The notes under the pieces were generated by a model that made no database searches, was not told where the DNA came from, and saw nothing but the letters and a program-made list of their open reading frames with translations. Made by a program: the position numbers and the translations under genes. From NCBI RefSeq assembly GCF_036321535.1, contig NC_087436.1, forward strand, positions 10,478,001 through 10,542,000: DNA of 64,000 bases, given 5' to 3'. Of the stretch, positions 1-12,981 are shown piece after piece (position 1 is the stretch's first letter; each line of letters begins with the position of its first letter). The DNA is from Camelus dromedarius. Lineage: Eukaryota.

Positions 1-507
1 TTTAGGGCATTTGCTGTAAAGATGCTTCATGACCTTTGGCAATGGGAACTCCCAATAACAGGAACCACCCAAAGGATTTGCTCGGACAAGCTGCAGACAG
101 ATTTCTTGTGCTCATTCAGTAGGCTGAGAAGTAAAGCCCTGACCAAAGAGACCGTGGTTTCAGAGCAGGGGTAAGCTTCGCCCCAGGACCCTTGATCTCT
201 TGCTTTCTTTGACCCCAGAATTCATCATCAAATAAAAATGCAAGTTACATATTATATGTTGCTACTGCTGAAAACTCTCCCCAGATAGTTTCTGTCAGAC
301 AACTCAAGGAGGATAGACAAAATAAGAGAGCATTTTCCAACAATTTATCTATTAAAGAACATTATAAAAGTCTATTTTGTTAAGGTAAGAAAACATTAAG
401 GCTATTCAATAAAAGTAACCCAATGATCATTCCATATTACACAAAATTATATAGCTTTGTTTAAGAATCACTTCATGATTTAGATAAGTTAATACAATAC
501 TATGTCC

Positions 508-596
508 AGATTTTACACTGTTACTGTATAGCACAAGAAAATATATACAAGATCTTGTGGTAGCTCACAGCGATGGTGGGGGGGAATATGACAATG
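508..596 (+). mobile_element. Short internal fragment of the young camelid L1 3' UTR
   Basis: ACTGTATAGCACAAGAAAATATATACAAGATCTTGTGGTAGCTCACAG closely matches 2289-2337 of the neighbouring L1; no poly(A) tail. Confidence 0.8.
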
Positions 597-1024
597 TTAC
601 AAATCAAGACGCTCTTGTCATTACTATACATTCTCTATGCTCCTGTGCATAACAAAAATCTCCTGCTGGGTTGTGGTCAACATGTAGGAAGACTGGTTGA
701 TATAATATTGGAAATTGGCATCTTGCAAAACAGTGAATCCTCCCAAACCTGTCTTTGAATATTACAGAAGTGTAAAAACCTAAGAAATGTACATACTTGA
801 ATACTGGTCTTGTTTTAGGCATTTGGAACTCAACTTAGTGACTGAGTCAAAGGTCCAGTATATAACACATTGTTTAACAATTTTCTAGCTATGCAGGATT
901 TCCATGTGTTTCAAATACAATAATATAAGAAAAAAATAATGACTCAGAAAGAATTATTTTTCAATTATCTATATAGAATTTTTCTAAATTTCTGTGTTGT
1001 ATTAAAAAATGTCTAGAGGTTCCA

Positions 1025-2460
1025 CAGAATAGAGAGCCCAGAAATGAACCCACAAACTTTGGTCAACTAATCTTCGACAAAGGAGGCAAGAACATACAAT
1101 GGAATAAAGACAGTCTCTTCAGCAAATGGTGTTGGGAAAACTGGACAGCAGCATGTAAATCAATGAAGCTAGAACACTCCCTTACATCATACACAAAAAT
1201 AAACTCAAAATGGATCAAAGACTTCAACAAAAGACAAGATACAATAAATCTCCTAGAAGAAAATATAGGCAAAACATTATCTCACATACATCTGAAAAAT
1301 GTTCTCCTAGGGCAGTCTACCCAAGTAATAGAAATAAAAGCAAGAATAAACAAATGGGACCTAATGAAACTTACAAGCTTCTGCACAGCAAAGAAAACCA
1401 TAAGCAAAACAAAATGACAATCTATGGAATGGGAGAAAATTTTCGCAAACGATGAAACGAACAAAGGCTTGATCTCCAGAATATATAAGCAGCTCATATG
1501 ACATAATAAGAAAAAAACAAACAACCCAAACCAAAAATGGGGCAGAAGACCTAAACAAGCAATTCTCCAAGAAAGACATACAAATGATCAACAGGCACGT
1601 GAAAAAAATGCTCAATATCACTAATTATCAGAGAAATGCAAATCAAAACTACAATGAGGTGTCACCTCACACCAGTCAGAATGGCCATCATTCAAAAGTC
1701 CACAAATGACAAATGCTGGAGAGGATGTGGAGAAAGGGGAACCCTCCTACACTGCTGGTGGGAATGCAATTTGGTGCAGCCAATGTGGAAAACAGTATGG
1801 AGATTCCTCAAAAGACTAAGAATAGACTTACCATATGACCCAGGAATCCCACTCCTGGGCATATATCCAGAAGGAACCCTACTTCAAAAAAAACCCTGCA
1901 CCCCAATGTTCATAGCAACACTATTTACAATAGCCAAGATATGGAAACAGCCTAAATGTCCATCAACAGATGACTGGATAAATAAGAAGTGGTATATTTA
2001 CACAATGGAATACTATACAGCCATAAGAAATGACAACATAACACCATTTGCAGCAACATGGATGTTCCTGGAGAATGTCATTCTAAGTGAAGTAAGCCAG
2101 AAAGAGAAAGTAAAATACTATATGAGATCGCTCATATGTGAAATCTAAATAAAAAAAAAGAAGAAGAACATAAATACAAAAGAGAAACAGACTCATAGAC
2201 ATAGAATACAAACTTGTGGTTGCCAAGGGCAGGGGGTGGGAAGGGACAGATTGGGACTTCAAAATGTAGAATAGATAAACAAGATTACACTGTATAGCAC
2301 AGGGAAATATACACAAGATCTTGTGGTAGCTCACAGTGAAAAAAAAATGTGACAATGAATGTATGTATGTTCACGTATAACTGAAAAATTGTGGTCTACA
2401 CTGGAAATTGACACAACATTGTAAAATGACTATAACTCAATAAAAAAAATTAAAAAAAAC
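1025..2460 (+). mobile_element. 5'-truncated young L1 (ORF2 C-terminal part, 3' UTR, A-tail), inactivated
   Basis: ORF2-like peptides ([17 protein letters not shown]...[10 protein letters not shown]...) broken by stops and frameshifts; A-rich tail; TSD TGTCTAGAGGTTCCA at 1010-1024 and 2461-2475, preceded by a TT/AAAA endonuclease site. Confidence 0.97.
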
Positions 2461-3025
2461 TGTCTAGAGGTTCCAAATGACTATTGTCATTAGGATGTGG
2501 CACACTGTCCATTTGAAAAGCTTTAGCATTCAAACTAATCTCATTTTCTATTATTCCTGTCACTGTCCATATATTTAATCTTACAAGATTTTGTTTCAAA
2601 AACTTATTTAAGATATGGACAAAAATAGAGCAGAGTTGCATTTCTGTCTAGTACCCAAGTTTCCTGTTTGCTTTGGCTCGGTTTGTTGGCATATTATGAA
2701 TAGTGTTTTACACAATGCAGAAGGGAAATATTTTAAAAATTAATTAACTTCCATGACAAAGAATCTGAAGTGCACATTTCTTCCCTGATTGCTGTCACAT
2801 TTACCCAACATTATAGTGAAGCAGAATGGGATGAATTAAAGGAAACTGTCAGTCTAGAAATGTTGCCTTTCTCATCCTAGTGCAGAGAAAGATTAAGATG
2901 CCTTGAAATTTTTAAAAAAAGTCAGTGAAACATAAATCAGGGTTTTCATATGTGAGAAACAAAGTAGCCTTTTCCCCTCATGTATTATGGTAAGATTCTC
3001 ATCCCTAATCACGCATAAAGAGTTT

Positions 3026-3051
3026 TTGTTGTTGTTGTTGTTGTTGTTGTT
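3026..3051. repeat. (TTG)n microsatellite
   Basis: About 8 perfect TTG units. Confidence 0.95.
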
Positions 3052-4336
3052 TTTAACATGGTATGGCACAATTCGGGGTGTTTAGTGAAAGCTCTAACTT
3101 GGGAAAAATTATTTAGGTAGAATATAATAACGAGATTGGTATTTAACCAGTGTTTTGCCTAAAACTATATAATCCAATATCAGAACTGTACTTAAGTTCC
3201 TTCTGGCCCATGGTGCTGTGTGGGTCTTATTCGGAGAACTTTAAACACAAGTCTTTGCCCTCTAGAGGACTTCACAGGAAAAGGCATAGAAAAGTTAAAG
3301 GCAGAAGAGTGAACTGACATAAAAGACACACACAATTTAAATTTGATTAATTAGAGTAAAGTATATGTATGTGACCCTATGAAACCAGACACAGAAGATA
3401 ATAGCATGGGGTGTGCATTTGACATCTCTGTTTACATTATATGAAAACATTCTGCTTACTCACTTATCATGGCATTCTGTGTACACTTCCTTTGTTAATA
3501 TTTGAGACCAGGAATTCCTAGATCATGAGTAATCCAAAATCAAATGCAGGGAAAGTTTGTTTTTGACAGTTTACTAAAATGACTAATTTCATGAACTGTA
3601 ATGTCCAAAAGGATTGAAATTTGTTAGCCAAGGAGGCTGTTTGATACTGGAGTTCATTATTAATTAATTTAGTTGAGAAGCAGCTTAAAGTATTTGAAAT
3701 GAAGATGTTTAAAAGAAAAAAAAAATAAGTAATACAATAAAACCAGCCATTATGAAGAGCTGGATGTTTTACTAGGCACAGTGGAATGGAATTCTAAATA
3801 TGTTAGTCTAAGTGACATTTCATTCTAATTCAAAATTACCTTGGGGATCCTGCATACTTTTAGCCAATCCTTCTGGCATATGTAAAGTGAATGTTTTCTG
3901 CAGCTGTGTATCACCTTGAAGTAAAACTAAGTTGATTGCCTTCCCAATGAAGAGAACAAGACAACAGTTGATTAAAGTAGAATGCCAAAGAACACTTACT
4001 TTTTCATTTAAATATACCCAAGTAGACTCCTGAAGAATGGGAACTCTGTACCCATAACAGAAGATGAAAGTAGACCCTTGGGAGGGTTGACTGGAAGATA
4101 AAAGCTCTCAACCAAGAATTATCTGATGTAAGAAATATTTGAAAATCACGCTTCCCTTTTCTACAGTAAATACTAGTGTGACAGGCAACTTCCTTGTTTT
4201 ACATCAGAAGAGCTATCACAGTAGTGCTGTATCTTGAAGTGAAAGATAAACATGGTTGATTACAAGTTACCTGCATTCAAGAAGCATTTATGCCAAAACA
4301 AATAATTCATCTATTACTTTCAAAATACTTTCAAGA

Positions 4337-4728
4337 AAAAAAAAAAGTGGAACTCACAGAAATGGAGTAGAAGGGTGGTTGCCAGAGGCTGGGGGCTCAG
4401 GGAAAGGTGGAGATGTTTGGTCAAAGGGTACAAATTTTTAGTTATAAGATGAATCAGTTATGAGGATCTAATGTCCAGCATAGTGACTACAATTTAAAAA
4501 ATTGTATGATGTACTTGAAATTTGCCAAGAGAGTAAATCTTTAACCTCACCACACACATACACACAAAAGTAACCATTTGAAGGAATGGATGATTAGCTC
4601 ACTTGATTGTGGGCAACATTTTACAAGGCATGCATGTATCAAATCATCACCTCACACACTTGAAATATATATAGTTTTGCCCACTGTACCTCAATAAAGC
4701 TGAAAAAACCCAAAATTGTTTAAAAATG
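4337..4728 (+). mobile_element. Older L1 (L1MA-like) 3' UTR fragment
   Basis: Typical L1M 3' motifs (GGTGGTTGCCAGAGGCTGGGG, CTCAATAAAGCTG); near-TSD ATACTT(T/C)CAAGA at 4325-4336 and 4729-4740. Confidence 0.85.
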
Positions 4729-5070
4729 ATACTTCCAAGATAATCTGTACCAGAATACCAGAAATATGGCTATAAATTGTCATATGTTGTGATATTTCTC
4801 AGCATTTATTGTAAAACAAATAAAGTCAAACTGGGAAGACCCAATTCATTAGAAACTTCAAAAAATCAATTTCTTAAGGTTCTTCTCCAGCTCATGGACA
4901 ATCTCGCTCCTTCCATCAGACTGAGGAAACTGAAGCCTAAGTAAGTTTCCCTTTAAGTACCAAGTTCACAACTCACATGGAGGTGGTGCAGGCTCGGGTG
5001 TGGGGAGAGGGGACCTTGTTTATAGGTTTAGGTGAAACTTGAACTTAGAAATTGCACTAGTCCTCAGTGA

Positions 5071-5618
5071 TGTGTCAGTCCAGACTCTTGTGCCCCGGGA
5101 CTTGGCCTCTGCTGCTGTCGCCTTGTTCCCTGACACCTGGTTATCTCAGCTCCTGTCAAGAGTCAGGGTGCCGTCAGGGCTGGGCTTTTTTGGCTTTCCA
5201 TCCACCCGGTGGGAGCTGCTGCTGCTGACAGCCCTGCCTGCTCCCTGATGGCAAATTCACAGGCACTGTGACTCCCCGGCCTCTGCCTTTCCTGGCCTGG
5301 TGACACCAAGTGTGTGGGAGCAATGCCCAGGGGGAAGCTAAGCTCAGGGAGAGAAAAAGTGGCACAAATCCCTTGCCCTTCCTCCTGCTTGTGGACTGTT
5401 CTGGGGCCCAGGGGTTCTACAGGTCCGCCCTGGACACCTCCTCTTTGTGCTAGCCGACTCACCACGTTTTCTTGTGAAGCTATGGGAAGAAAGACAACGC
5501 AGTATCTTTTTGTGTTTTTCCGCACCTGCACTGCTCTGCAGCTGGACCCCTAATAAAGCATTAGCTTCGTGGAAGCCTTGCCTTGGACTCCTTTTTCTAG
5601 ACTACCTGGGCTAAGACA
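5071..5618 (+). mobile_element. Probable ERVL-type solo LTR
   Basis: GC-richer ~550 bp block with TG...CA ends (TGTGTCAG...CTAAGACA) and AATAAA at 5552-5557; no clean TSD. Confidence 0.6.
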
Positions 5619-8600
5619 GTAATTGCAACCTAAATATTGACTTTGATTCTTATTTTTAAAGACTTGAAAAGAATTAAATTCAGTTTAACAAGCATTACCA
5701 TCTACAGCACAGGACGTCAGAAGGCTATACACATGCGTAAGGTCTGGGCTGAGCTGGCGATCTGGGTCTCGCAAAAGAGATGGACATGGGGCTTAGAGTA
5801 AGAGTTACTAACGGAGTGACATCTGAAATACTTAACAACCAGTGTGGCACGGGGACTACTGATTGCAGTAGATATAATCCTTTGGGTTGCTGGATTATCA
5901 GAGATGCTATGGCAGCCAGGTGGCAAGACTTCACTCAGAAGGCTGAGGTCTGCATCATTCACCACCTGCAGCAGAGAGGTGCTGGACCATTTTAATAGCT
6001 GGTCTGGGAGACCTGGCGTGTACCATCAGCTCTGCACACCAAATGCTGCAAGTCCCAGAGATGCATGAATAAAAAGATATCCACGTGGCTGAGATTTTAT
6101 TGCATAGAAGCATTGGATTACTTAAATTCTTAGAAAACTTTTGTACTTTATATACTCATCTTTGGGATAGTTGTCCGCCTTTAAAGAAAATTTTCTACCT
6201 GACCTTCCTGAAATGGACCCAAATGTAGAGGGGGAAAAAAAAACCTCCCATACACCTTGCGACGTGCACTTCAACCACAGGGATGTGAGCTACTTTTATA
6301 CACAATAATATTTATGAATTTCTTTGGAAATTTTGATATCATGTCTACATGCTATCTCAATAAGCCTCCTCTTTCTGTAATTTTAGTCAGTCCAGGATAA
6401 TTCATAATGAGGAGAACTGAACTCAGTTTTACCTGCCTTACATTGACACATATGTTGAGTTTGATTTCAAATGCCTGCCTTTTTTTTTTTAACATACCGC
6501 TGATACCCTTCTTGAAATGTTTTCCTTCAGTTCGTCTTCAGGTAAATGTGTTCAGGTAGCTTTGTGAGCTACACAAGTGATTCCCTGGGAAGTCCACAAT
6601 TTTGAGTTTCTCAAAGGCACTGATGTGAAAAAGCAGCTCAGCAAGATTCCTCAATGAAATATACAAAATCTCAATAATCTGTCACAATTTCTTCCAAAAT
6701 TACCTCAAATTGGTGATGATTAAAAATCCCAATAGGAAAGAAAACTCATTCCTTTAATTACATCGCCCAACACAACATGCAGTGAGAACCGCTCACAAAC
6801 CTCACAGCGTGACCATCCTGCTCTGTGACAGGATGGAAATTGGGCTCATGAACCCTCTCTTCTGATTTGAATAAAATGTTGCGATCTTTATTTGTCCCCT
6901 TTTATTGCATGTACTAGTGTGTGAAAACTGACCTCACTTTTTCCGTGCTTTAAACCAAACTATCAAATCTTTCCCGAAGTGAACTGCTCAGTTAGGATTC
7001 TGTAAACTGCTAAGACTCGTGCAAACCATGCTACGGTGTCAGGGCAATTCCACTCATTCAGCTGGCTGCCTGGGGGCTATTTGCTGGACATGCTGAGAAA
7101 TGACCTGATTCTGGCCAGGGGAACGAAGGAGAGGAATTTAACACACTTTTGAAGGCGGAGTAATAAATTAATATTTGAAGAAAGGAGATTTCAGACTGAG
7201 ATAATGGCAGAGAATCAGAGACCACAGAACCATAAAGATGTGTGTGGATAAAGAAAGGGGAAATATTAGAACTGGAATTTCGAAAAGCCCTTATTAGATA
7301 AATTACTTATTAGATGTGATTACTGTTTATTAGCCCTTATTAGACACAGTCTCCTTGTTTTAAAGATGAAGAAATTCTCAGAGAAACTGTCTTGACAACT
7401 CTCAGAGAAACTGTGTCTTGGTAACTGTGTCACACAGAAGACTTTCCTTAAAGGAGAACCATGTATCACAAAAGTGAGGATAAAAAGTACAGACGTTTTC
7501 TAAAAATTTAAGTAATCCAGTATTTCTAGACGTAAAAATTATATCTGGGTAGCAAAAATGGACAGTCCAACACTAGATCTTTCAATGTAGCCCTAACCTG
7601 TTTCCCCCAAACTGGACTCCACAGCCAGCTCCAAGCGTGTCCACGTCAGTGTCCTATAGGAATGGCCGAATTACTATGTCTCAGACAGAACTTCTCTTCT
7701 CTTCAGAATCGCTCTGTCACCTAAAACTGCCATTTTTGTGAGGACTTCCCATCCACGTTCTAACTAGAAATGTGGACGCCATCCGTGGTTACTGTCCCTC
7801 GTCGTACTTCTAGTCAGCCACTAGAATAGAGAGATGGACTTCAGAATGCATCTCCGGTCCAGCTCCACATCCTGTCCACATCCTGCTCACCCTGGCTTGA
7901 CTCCATCTCTTCAGTTCTCTTCTGCATCATTAGAACATCTCCCTAGCTGGCTTCCCTACTCTGCACGTGGCACGTGGAATCCCACTGCAGCCTCCAGCTC
8001 AGTGGCAGCTTGAAGTACTCTTATGAAAAAGGATTGGGATCAGAGTTAGGGTTTTAGATTTGGTACAGAAGTGATTGTATAGAAGTTAATATTAGACATC
8101 ATGGAAATATAGGTTATTGCCCCCAAAAAAGGATGGTGAAAAAGGAGAAGAGGTGAGGACAAAAATCCAGCTTTTCTACAGTCTACGGCTGTTTCATTTC
8201 TCCAGTCTTGCATGAGGATGTGGAATATTCTTTCATCAATTCACTAGTTAAGTCAGAAAATTAACTAGCTAGATTTTCCAAATAGTTACAAGAAGAAATA
8301 TTTATAGTGCAGAAGGCTACGGAGAGCAAAATGCTAAGCTAATAGTGTTTGATGATTAATTAATCAGATACTTTAAAATAACTTTATGGATTCAATCACG
8401 GATTTAATTGTGTCAAACCATTCTTTAATTAGTACCAATTTTTTGAAGTTTTTGGGAGCCGAAAATAGTCCCAAATTATACTTTTAAAAGTCCACAGGTT
8501 TCTGAATAACTATTATCCATGCTTAACTCTCTGGAGGCTGTATTAAGAACTGTACTGTATAAACGATAATGACAGCCTTACATTATAAGCCCCTTTTATC

Positions 8601-9132
8601 TGCCATCACTTGTGATCTCAAGATCAGTCATTTTCTTCGCTACAGCAATGATCTTGATTAAATGTCTATGTGACAGAGGCATCAATGATTTAATCCCAAT
8701 ACGTTCACCATTTATCTTTTTCTTCCTACACGTTCAGGGTTTGGATCTCTTCTCTCTCTTCAACAATGTTTTTTTTTGTTTTGTTTCTTTTTGTTTTTAA
8801 CCGTCACTGCACATCCGAATCAACAGGAGAATTAAAAAAAAAAAAATCATCATTTGCCTCAGTCCCATCCCACCCATTTTTATTCAATTAGTTTGTACCT
8901 GGATGTGGGAACCATTATTTTTTCCAATGAAAACACAGGGTTGAGAATCACTGATCTACAACTCTCTTCCATTTTCTGGAGAAGTTATCCATTATACTGT
9001 CAAATTTTACCTCACCCCAACCTCTCCTTTTCCTTATCTGTAGATAAATATATCCAAATCCCCACTCAATCAACACCTCGACATGGCCAAAAAAGGAACT
9101 CGGAGCACTCCTCCTAAAGTCCATCTTCTTAC

Positions 9133-9760
9133 CTGCAAAAGAACTAAAAAGTGCGGAGCTTTACTCAGAGCGCTTCCACCCCTGATGTCCCTGCGAATAC
9201 TCTTGTCCTCTGAGAGCACAGTCTTCACAAAGCAGGCAGAGTGGACTGTTAAAAATGCAAATTGGATCATGTCTGTTTACAACCCTCCCAGCCTCTGGTT
9301 ACACTTAGAAGGAAGCGCAGTGTCTTGCCGTGACTTCGTGCACGTGTGCGCGAGCACGCGTTTACATCCATGCGTGCGCACACGCCCGGGCGGAGTGGCG
9401 GCCGGGGGGCAGGGGTGCCCGCTGCTTTCAGATGTGGAGTCTCACAGGGGGTTTTTCAAGCTGTCTGATGATGTTCTTTCCTGTGTGTCTCACTTTTCTC
9501 TTTCAGCCCCTTTGTCAGAGCAAAGAGCCCTCTGCCTCTTTGGCGTGCTCCCGTTTTCCTGGACCTCATCTGGCAAACATTTGTAGGGATTCTGCCAAAT
9601 GCCCTGTAGTCGCGTTCGTTTTGGGCAGACACTTGCCAGGAACGAGTCTGCTTCTGCAGAACATGGGCTGCTTTACTCCAGTGAGCATGAAAGAGGCGAG
9701 GTAAATCGCGGCGGCGGTGAGCAGCCCAGGTGGGAGGTATCGGTATTAAAAATAAAAAGA
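9133..9760. promoter_or_regulatory. CpG-rich promoter/first-exon-like region of an unidentified gene
   Basis: Local CpG/GC enrichment; GGGCGG box near 9388; CACGTG at 9341; TGTTTAC near 9274; strong minus-strand donor CAG|GTAAGA at 9133/9132; plus-strand donor GAG|GTAAAT at 9700/9701. Confidence 0.6.
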
Positions 9761-12463
9761 TATTTGCTCACCTAAGTGAATCTGTAGTTGTTCTGACTTT
9801 GTGCTCAGACAGTAAGTGGATGGAACCCGTGCCCCTCCGTGAATCAAGGAGTCACTTAAAGAGACACTGCTTTGGGGCTGCCTGGGTTTCAGGGCATTTC
9901 CCTGGCCTGTTGAAGGCTTTCCAAATTTGGGATGTGGGAGGCCCTGAGCGCCTTTTTGAATTCAATCCCACCCCATGCCTTTGTTCTGGAGTTTAGGCAG
10001 GATGGGGTCGTGCCCTGGATCCAGCAGCACGGGTGCACGTGAGTCCATTCCTCTGCTGGGTGCTGAGAAAGATTGTAGGAGCTTCACCGTTCACGTAACT
10101 GAAGGACTCTCCCCGTAAGCCGTAAAATAAACTCCCCTCAGCGGTTTGTGGCTCATGTCGAATTTTAAAAATAAATAATTTATAGGTACCATTACCACGC
10201 ACTGTGGGAAGTCAGTTTTTTGTACCAGCAATTGCAGGCTAATTCAGTAAACATCTTCCCGGTGCTACCAAGATGCCCCTTTCCCACCACGGGATGTCAG
10301 GACTGGACCTGCCAGGGATGCGAGAGGCTTCGTTTGAGTGGCACCATGTAACACGGACTTCCAACACTTCTGTCCCCTGAGAAATTACAACGAACAAAGC
10401 GCCACCTGGTTCCACGGTGGAACAAGATTAAGTGCTCAACTATTAATAGAAAGACATTTCAGATTTCCCAAGGAAGAGGTTTAGAAGGGGAACTCATTTT
10501 TCAGGTAACCTTAAAAGAGCTGTTATGATTTTGTATAACTTGAGCACATCGTAGCGCAGTCCTGGAGACAGTGGGCCACACATGACCCCTGTAGTTTCTC
10601 CATCGGGGGAGGGGTGCAGGGTCCTGGGGCTTGGACGGGGGCGACTGAGGCAATGAGATGGGGTCCTTGGCTACAGATGTGCTCAGGACGCCAACACAGT
10701 GGTCCAGTGGCACTAGTGTTCCCAAATATGCCAGCTACATTTATACAACATTCATATAAATGTGACTTTCATGGCAGCATTATTTATAATTACAGAAAAG
10801 TGGGAACAATCTAAACATCATTTGTGGGATATGATTAAATCAGTTTTACAATATAAACAGTGAAGTAGGCTGACACTCATGATGCATTGTTTAAAGGAAA
10901 AAAAGCAAGTTCCAGGCTACATAGAGTACCATCCCCTACATTTATAAAAGTGCGTGCACGCAATGTGCATGTGTGTGTGAGTACTTGTGTGTGCGTCACA
11001 TACACACGCAAGTATCCAGAACAGTTTACACCAAACTTTAGTAACAGTTACTGGAAAAGGGGACCATGGAAGGAGTGGAGTGACTTTTGCTGAATCCTCT
11101 CTATATTGTTTGAATTTTACAAGGACCATCCATAATTTTGGTAATTCAAAACTAATCTCTAGACAAAGGAGTTGGAGGGGTATGTCTCTCTCTCTCTGTG
11201 TATAGTTTTTAAAATCAAAAGTCGAGGGTAAAAGTCAGTGGATATAGTCTGAGGGCCACTCGGAAATTTCACTTGTCCTATAGGTCCAACACATGGTGCT
11301 TGACAGCATGACCGTAAGGCATTCCCAACAGTCACCCACAGTGGATAAGGAAAAATTTGCAATCCTAAACAATGCAAAATCTCTTAAAATATACAGTACT
11401 ATCTGTAAGTATTGTATGTGAGTAGTCTACTTACATCAGTCAATCAATCCTGTATGCATATAGTATATGTATCTATAAATACACGTGTGAATTGAGTTAT
11501 ATTTGAAACCCGATACTGACCAATCCATTAGCAACCAGGTGGACACAGAATTGAAAATACATCTATTTTTTATAAAATTATGTAATCAAATGTTGGGAAC
11601 TTTACAGAAAATAAATTTAAATTTAAAATTTTCACCTTTCAAGTTTTTGCTTTCAGATTTTGATGCTTATTAAATATGATGTATAACTTACCTTTTAAGT
11701 TAGATAACTGAATATTCAGAAAAATAATTCTTAAAAGGAAAATAATTTAGATTTTATATTTATATTTACATTAACAGACATTGTTATTATATTTGAATTT
11801 TCCATATTTCAGATAGTGACATTTTACTCTTTTAATCATTTAGATGATTACTTTTACTGAAACCCACATTATATAAAATATATTGATTGTAACAACATAA
11901 TTATTTTGCTGAAATCAAAATGAGAAAACAACTTTTTGTGAATATATATATGTAAATATATATGAATTAGGAAGACTTTACTGTACTATTCCACCAAACA
12001 TTGCTGACCCACTAATGAGACACACATCGATGTGAGCAGAAATAATTAAATTAATGTGTCTATGAATTTTTGTCAATTTGCAGTTATGTTAAAAAATATA
12101 GCTTTATACTTCCTAAAAGCAATTTTTTGGCATAAAGTTATATTTTTTAATGTAGGAGAACAGGGCATATTTATCTAAAATGCATTAGCTTGACTTAAAA
12201 CTGTTAAATATTCCATATGTATCCTGAGGTTCCAATGTGAACTCCTGCTCCAAGTATCCTGTTCACGCCCGTGTGAGTGAGCCTCTAGCATTCTGCACCG
12301 ACAGACTCACTTGAGGAGGAGAGAAGTATGTTTAATGCAGAACGAATTAGAAATAAGTAGAGAGAAGGAAACGTTTAAGGAGTGCACCAGCATCACCAGG
12401 GCAACAGTGCAGCGCAGACAGGGGAGAGCTGGAAATCTGCACAGCCTCACACCCCCTGCGTCC

Positions 12464-12981
12464 TGAGACAGGGGGCAGGGGGCAGGGCACAGCCATTATA
12501 GGAATGACCAGCAATGAGCACCAAGATGGCAGAAGAGTCAACCCCTAGTAGAACTTGAGCTTCATTTCACACTCGTTGAAGTACATTAGTGTGGTGAATG
12601 GCACTCCCATAGGCACCATGACAGTTTCAAGGCTAACCGTAAAAAGTCAAGAGTGCACAGTGGCCCAATTCGTGGGGATCCCAGCTCCTTCCCCAAAGTA
12701 GTTAGAATAACCCTCCCACTTGTCAGCATAAGAAGTAACCGAGCCCATAAAAACTAACAACCCTGCACCTTGTGGTTGCTCTCTCTGGCCTTCTGAGATG
12801 GCCCACACTCTGTCTGTGGAGTGTGCACATCTCTGAATAAATCTACCTTCACTCAACTATGGCTCGCTCTTGAATTCTTTCCTGCGTGAAGCCAAGGACC
12901 CTTACTTGAGGGGGTGCGTTCTGGGGACTCACCGGAGACCTGGGACATGGCCATCCTCTCATGTCCCGTTTTCCTGTATCA
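12464..12981 (+). mobile_element. ERV1-class solo LTR (MER41/MER4-group-like)
   Basis: TG...CA ends; AATAAA near 12836; TTGAATTCTTTCCTGCGTGAAGCCAAG motif; 4-bp TSD GTCC/ATCC. Confidence 0.85.

Noticed and set aside
1636..2148. 170-aa ORF (and similar ORFs at 29130-29504, 47467-47739, 54649-54957) as host genes
   Set aside because: Fragments of L1 ORF2 in truncated, disrupted copies
7964..7976. Tandem CACGTG E-boxes as a composite regulatory element
   Set aside because: One-bp spacing from a 7-bp local duplication in L2-like sequence; no other support
9083..9586. 167-aa plus-strand ORF
   Set aside because: No recognisable domain; overlaps the GC-rich regulatory block where stops are rarer
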